Part shown: one piece after another, positions 63,250 through 64,000 of the stretch
Layout: the number at the start of each line of letters is the position of its first letter
Numbering within the stretch: the first letter of the stretch is position 1
Assembly (NCBI GenBank): GCA_017429285.1
Contig: JAFRPF010000041.1
Location: 2,753-66,752, forward strand
Direction of reading: 5' to 3'
Origin: Bacilli bacterium
Lineage (GTDB): Bacteria; Bacillota_I; Bacilli_A; RFN20; CAG-826
DNA length: 64,000 nucleotides
Position numbers and translations under genes: made by a program
Notes under the pieces: generated by a model
What the model was told of the DNA's origin: nothing
Database searches by the model: none
The model's input: the letters and a program-made list of their open reading frames with translations, nothing else

Positions 63250-64000
63250 ATGGCAGATTGTAATCATGATTGCAGTTCTTGCGGCGAAGAAAATTGTTCG
63301 AGCAGAATTGAAAAAGCAAAATTAAATGATAGAAGCAAAATCAAAAAGATTATTGGCGTTTTATCAGGCAAAGGTGGCGTTGGTAAATCATATATCACCT
63401 CTCTTTTAGCGGTCTATTTAAATAGACAAGGCTATAAAGTTGGTATTTTAGACGCTGACATTACTGGACCTTCTATTCCTAAGGCTTTTGGGATTAAAGA
63501 AAAAGCCTATGGTGAAGATGGATTAATCTATCCACTTGTTTCTAATGGTGGAATTAAAATAATGTCTGCAAATCTTCTTCTAGAAGATGAATCCGACCCA
63601 ATCGTTTGGAGGGGACCGTTATTAGGTGGATTAATTAAACAGTTCTATGAAGAGGTTTTGTGGGAAGAGTTAGATTATTTATTAATCGATATGCCTCCAG
63701 GAACTGGAGATGTGGCCTTAACTGTTTTCCAACAATTACCTGTTGATGATTTAATTATTGTTACTTCACCTCAAGATTTAGTTTCTTTGATTGTCACTAA
63801 AGCAATCAAGATGGCCAATATGATGAATATTAAAGTCTTAGGTGTTATTGAAAATATGTCATATCTAGTTTGCCCTGATTGTGGTAAACATATTTCCTTA
63901 TTTGGTGAATCTCATTTAGAGAAATTCTCCAAAGAGATGAAATTTGATATTTTAGCGAAATTACCTTTGGTAAGTTTAAATACTTCTTTAGTTGATAAAG
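63250..64000 (+). CDS. mrp: Mrp/NBP35 (ApbC) family Fe-S cluster carrier ATPase, 3'-truncated by the window end
   Basis: My own translation from ATG 63250 gives MADCNHDCSSCGEENCSS..., GVLSGKGGVGKS (deviant Walker A), DADITGPSIP and IDMPPGTGD. It is absent from the ORF track because it runs off the window. Confidence 0.85.
   Translation, partial: MADCNHDCSSCGEENCSSRIEKAKLNDRSKIKKIIGVLSGKGGVGKSYITSLLAVYLNRQGYKVGILDADITGPSIPKAFGIKEKAYGEDGLIYPLVSNGGIKIMSANLLLEDESDPIVWRGPLLGGLIKQFYEEVLWEELDYLLIDMPPGTGDVALTVFQQLPVDDLIIVTSPQDLVSLIVTKAIKMANMMNIKVLGVIENMSYLVCPDCGKHISLFGESHLEKFSKEMKFDILAKLPLVSLNTSLVDK

Noticed and set aside
1-64000. Mollicutes genetic code 4 (TGA = Trp), suggested by the AT-rich, Mollicutes-like gene content
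   Set aside because: TGA terminates pckA (6268-6270) and the HAD gene (4650-4652) at lengths matching their homologs. Conserved Trp positions are TGG, and no conserved gene is interrupted by in-frame TGA. Code 11 fits.

Overview
AT-rich (about one-third G+C by eye, not computed) chromosomal segment from a low-GC Bacillota / Mollicutes-like bacterium. Gene content and the ylbF-rsmD-coaD, spx, rnj and maf arrangement resemble Erysipelotrichia or Acholeplasma-type lineages; this taxonomic guess is inference only. The standard code 11 applies: TGA closes full-length pckA and the HAD gene, and Trp is TGG. I support about 60 protein genes, 4 solitary tRNAs (Ser-GGA, Ser-CGA, Ser-GCU, Gly-UCC) and about 15 intrinsic terminators. 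I see no rRNA, CRISPR array, or intact integrase or transposase. The housekeeping backbone is pckA, rluD-like, pgcA, trpS, spx, nadK, maf, rnj, def, rsmD, coaD, proS, tyrS, rdgB, trxA and mrp. Six regions stand out. (1) 24-6270 is an unrecognised operon: Ldh_2 oxidoreductase, ATP-grasp, an aldolase-MptE/DUF115 fusion and a HAD phosphatase, all co-transcribed with pckA. (2) 6361-13254 holds a LytS-type kinase and wHTH response regulator, then a sigma-less partner-switching module (STAS; a membrane PP2C fused to an RsbW-like HATPase; a STAS fused to an APH-type kinase) and a processive GT2 synthase. Direct repeats spaced 11 bp apart flank the module. (3) 13787-20431 encodes a 2214-aa transmembrane protein. 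Its ectodomain is Pmp-like beta-helix. Its cytoplasmic part carries three 186-aa tandem repeats and ends in a clear homolog of the ribosomal protein uL15 C-terminal domain. This is my top candidate for something undescribed. (4) 23205-26585 is a 3.3-kb islet on the 3' side of tRNA-Ser, bounded by imperfect direct repeats. It carries XRE-ImmA, a PIN-like gene and a translationally coupled DUF4417 trio. (5) An L-FucNAc (capE/G/F-like) cluster has a first enzyme with an N-terminal HTH extension. (6) Decayed RhuM fragments lie next to tRNA-Gly. All family assignments come from motif recognition by eye; no searches were run.
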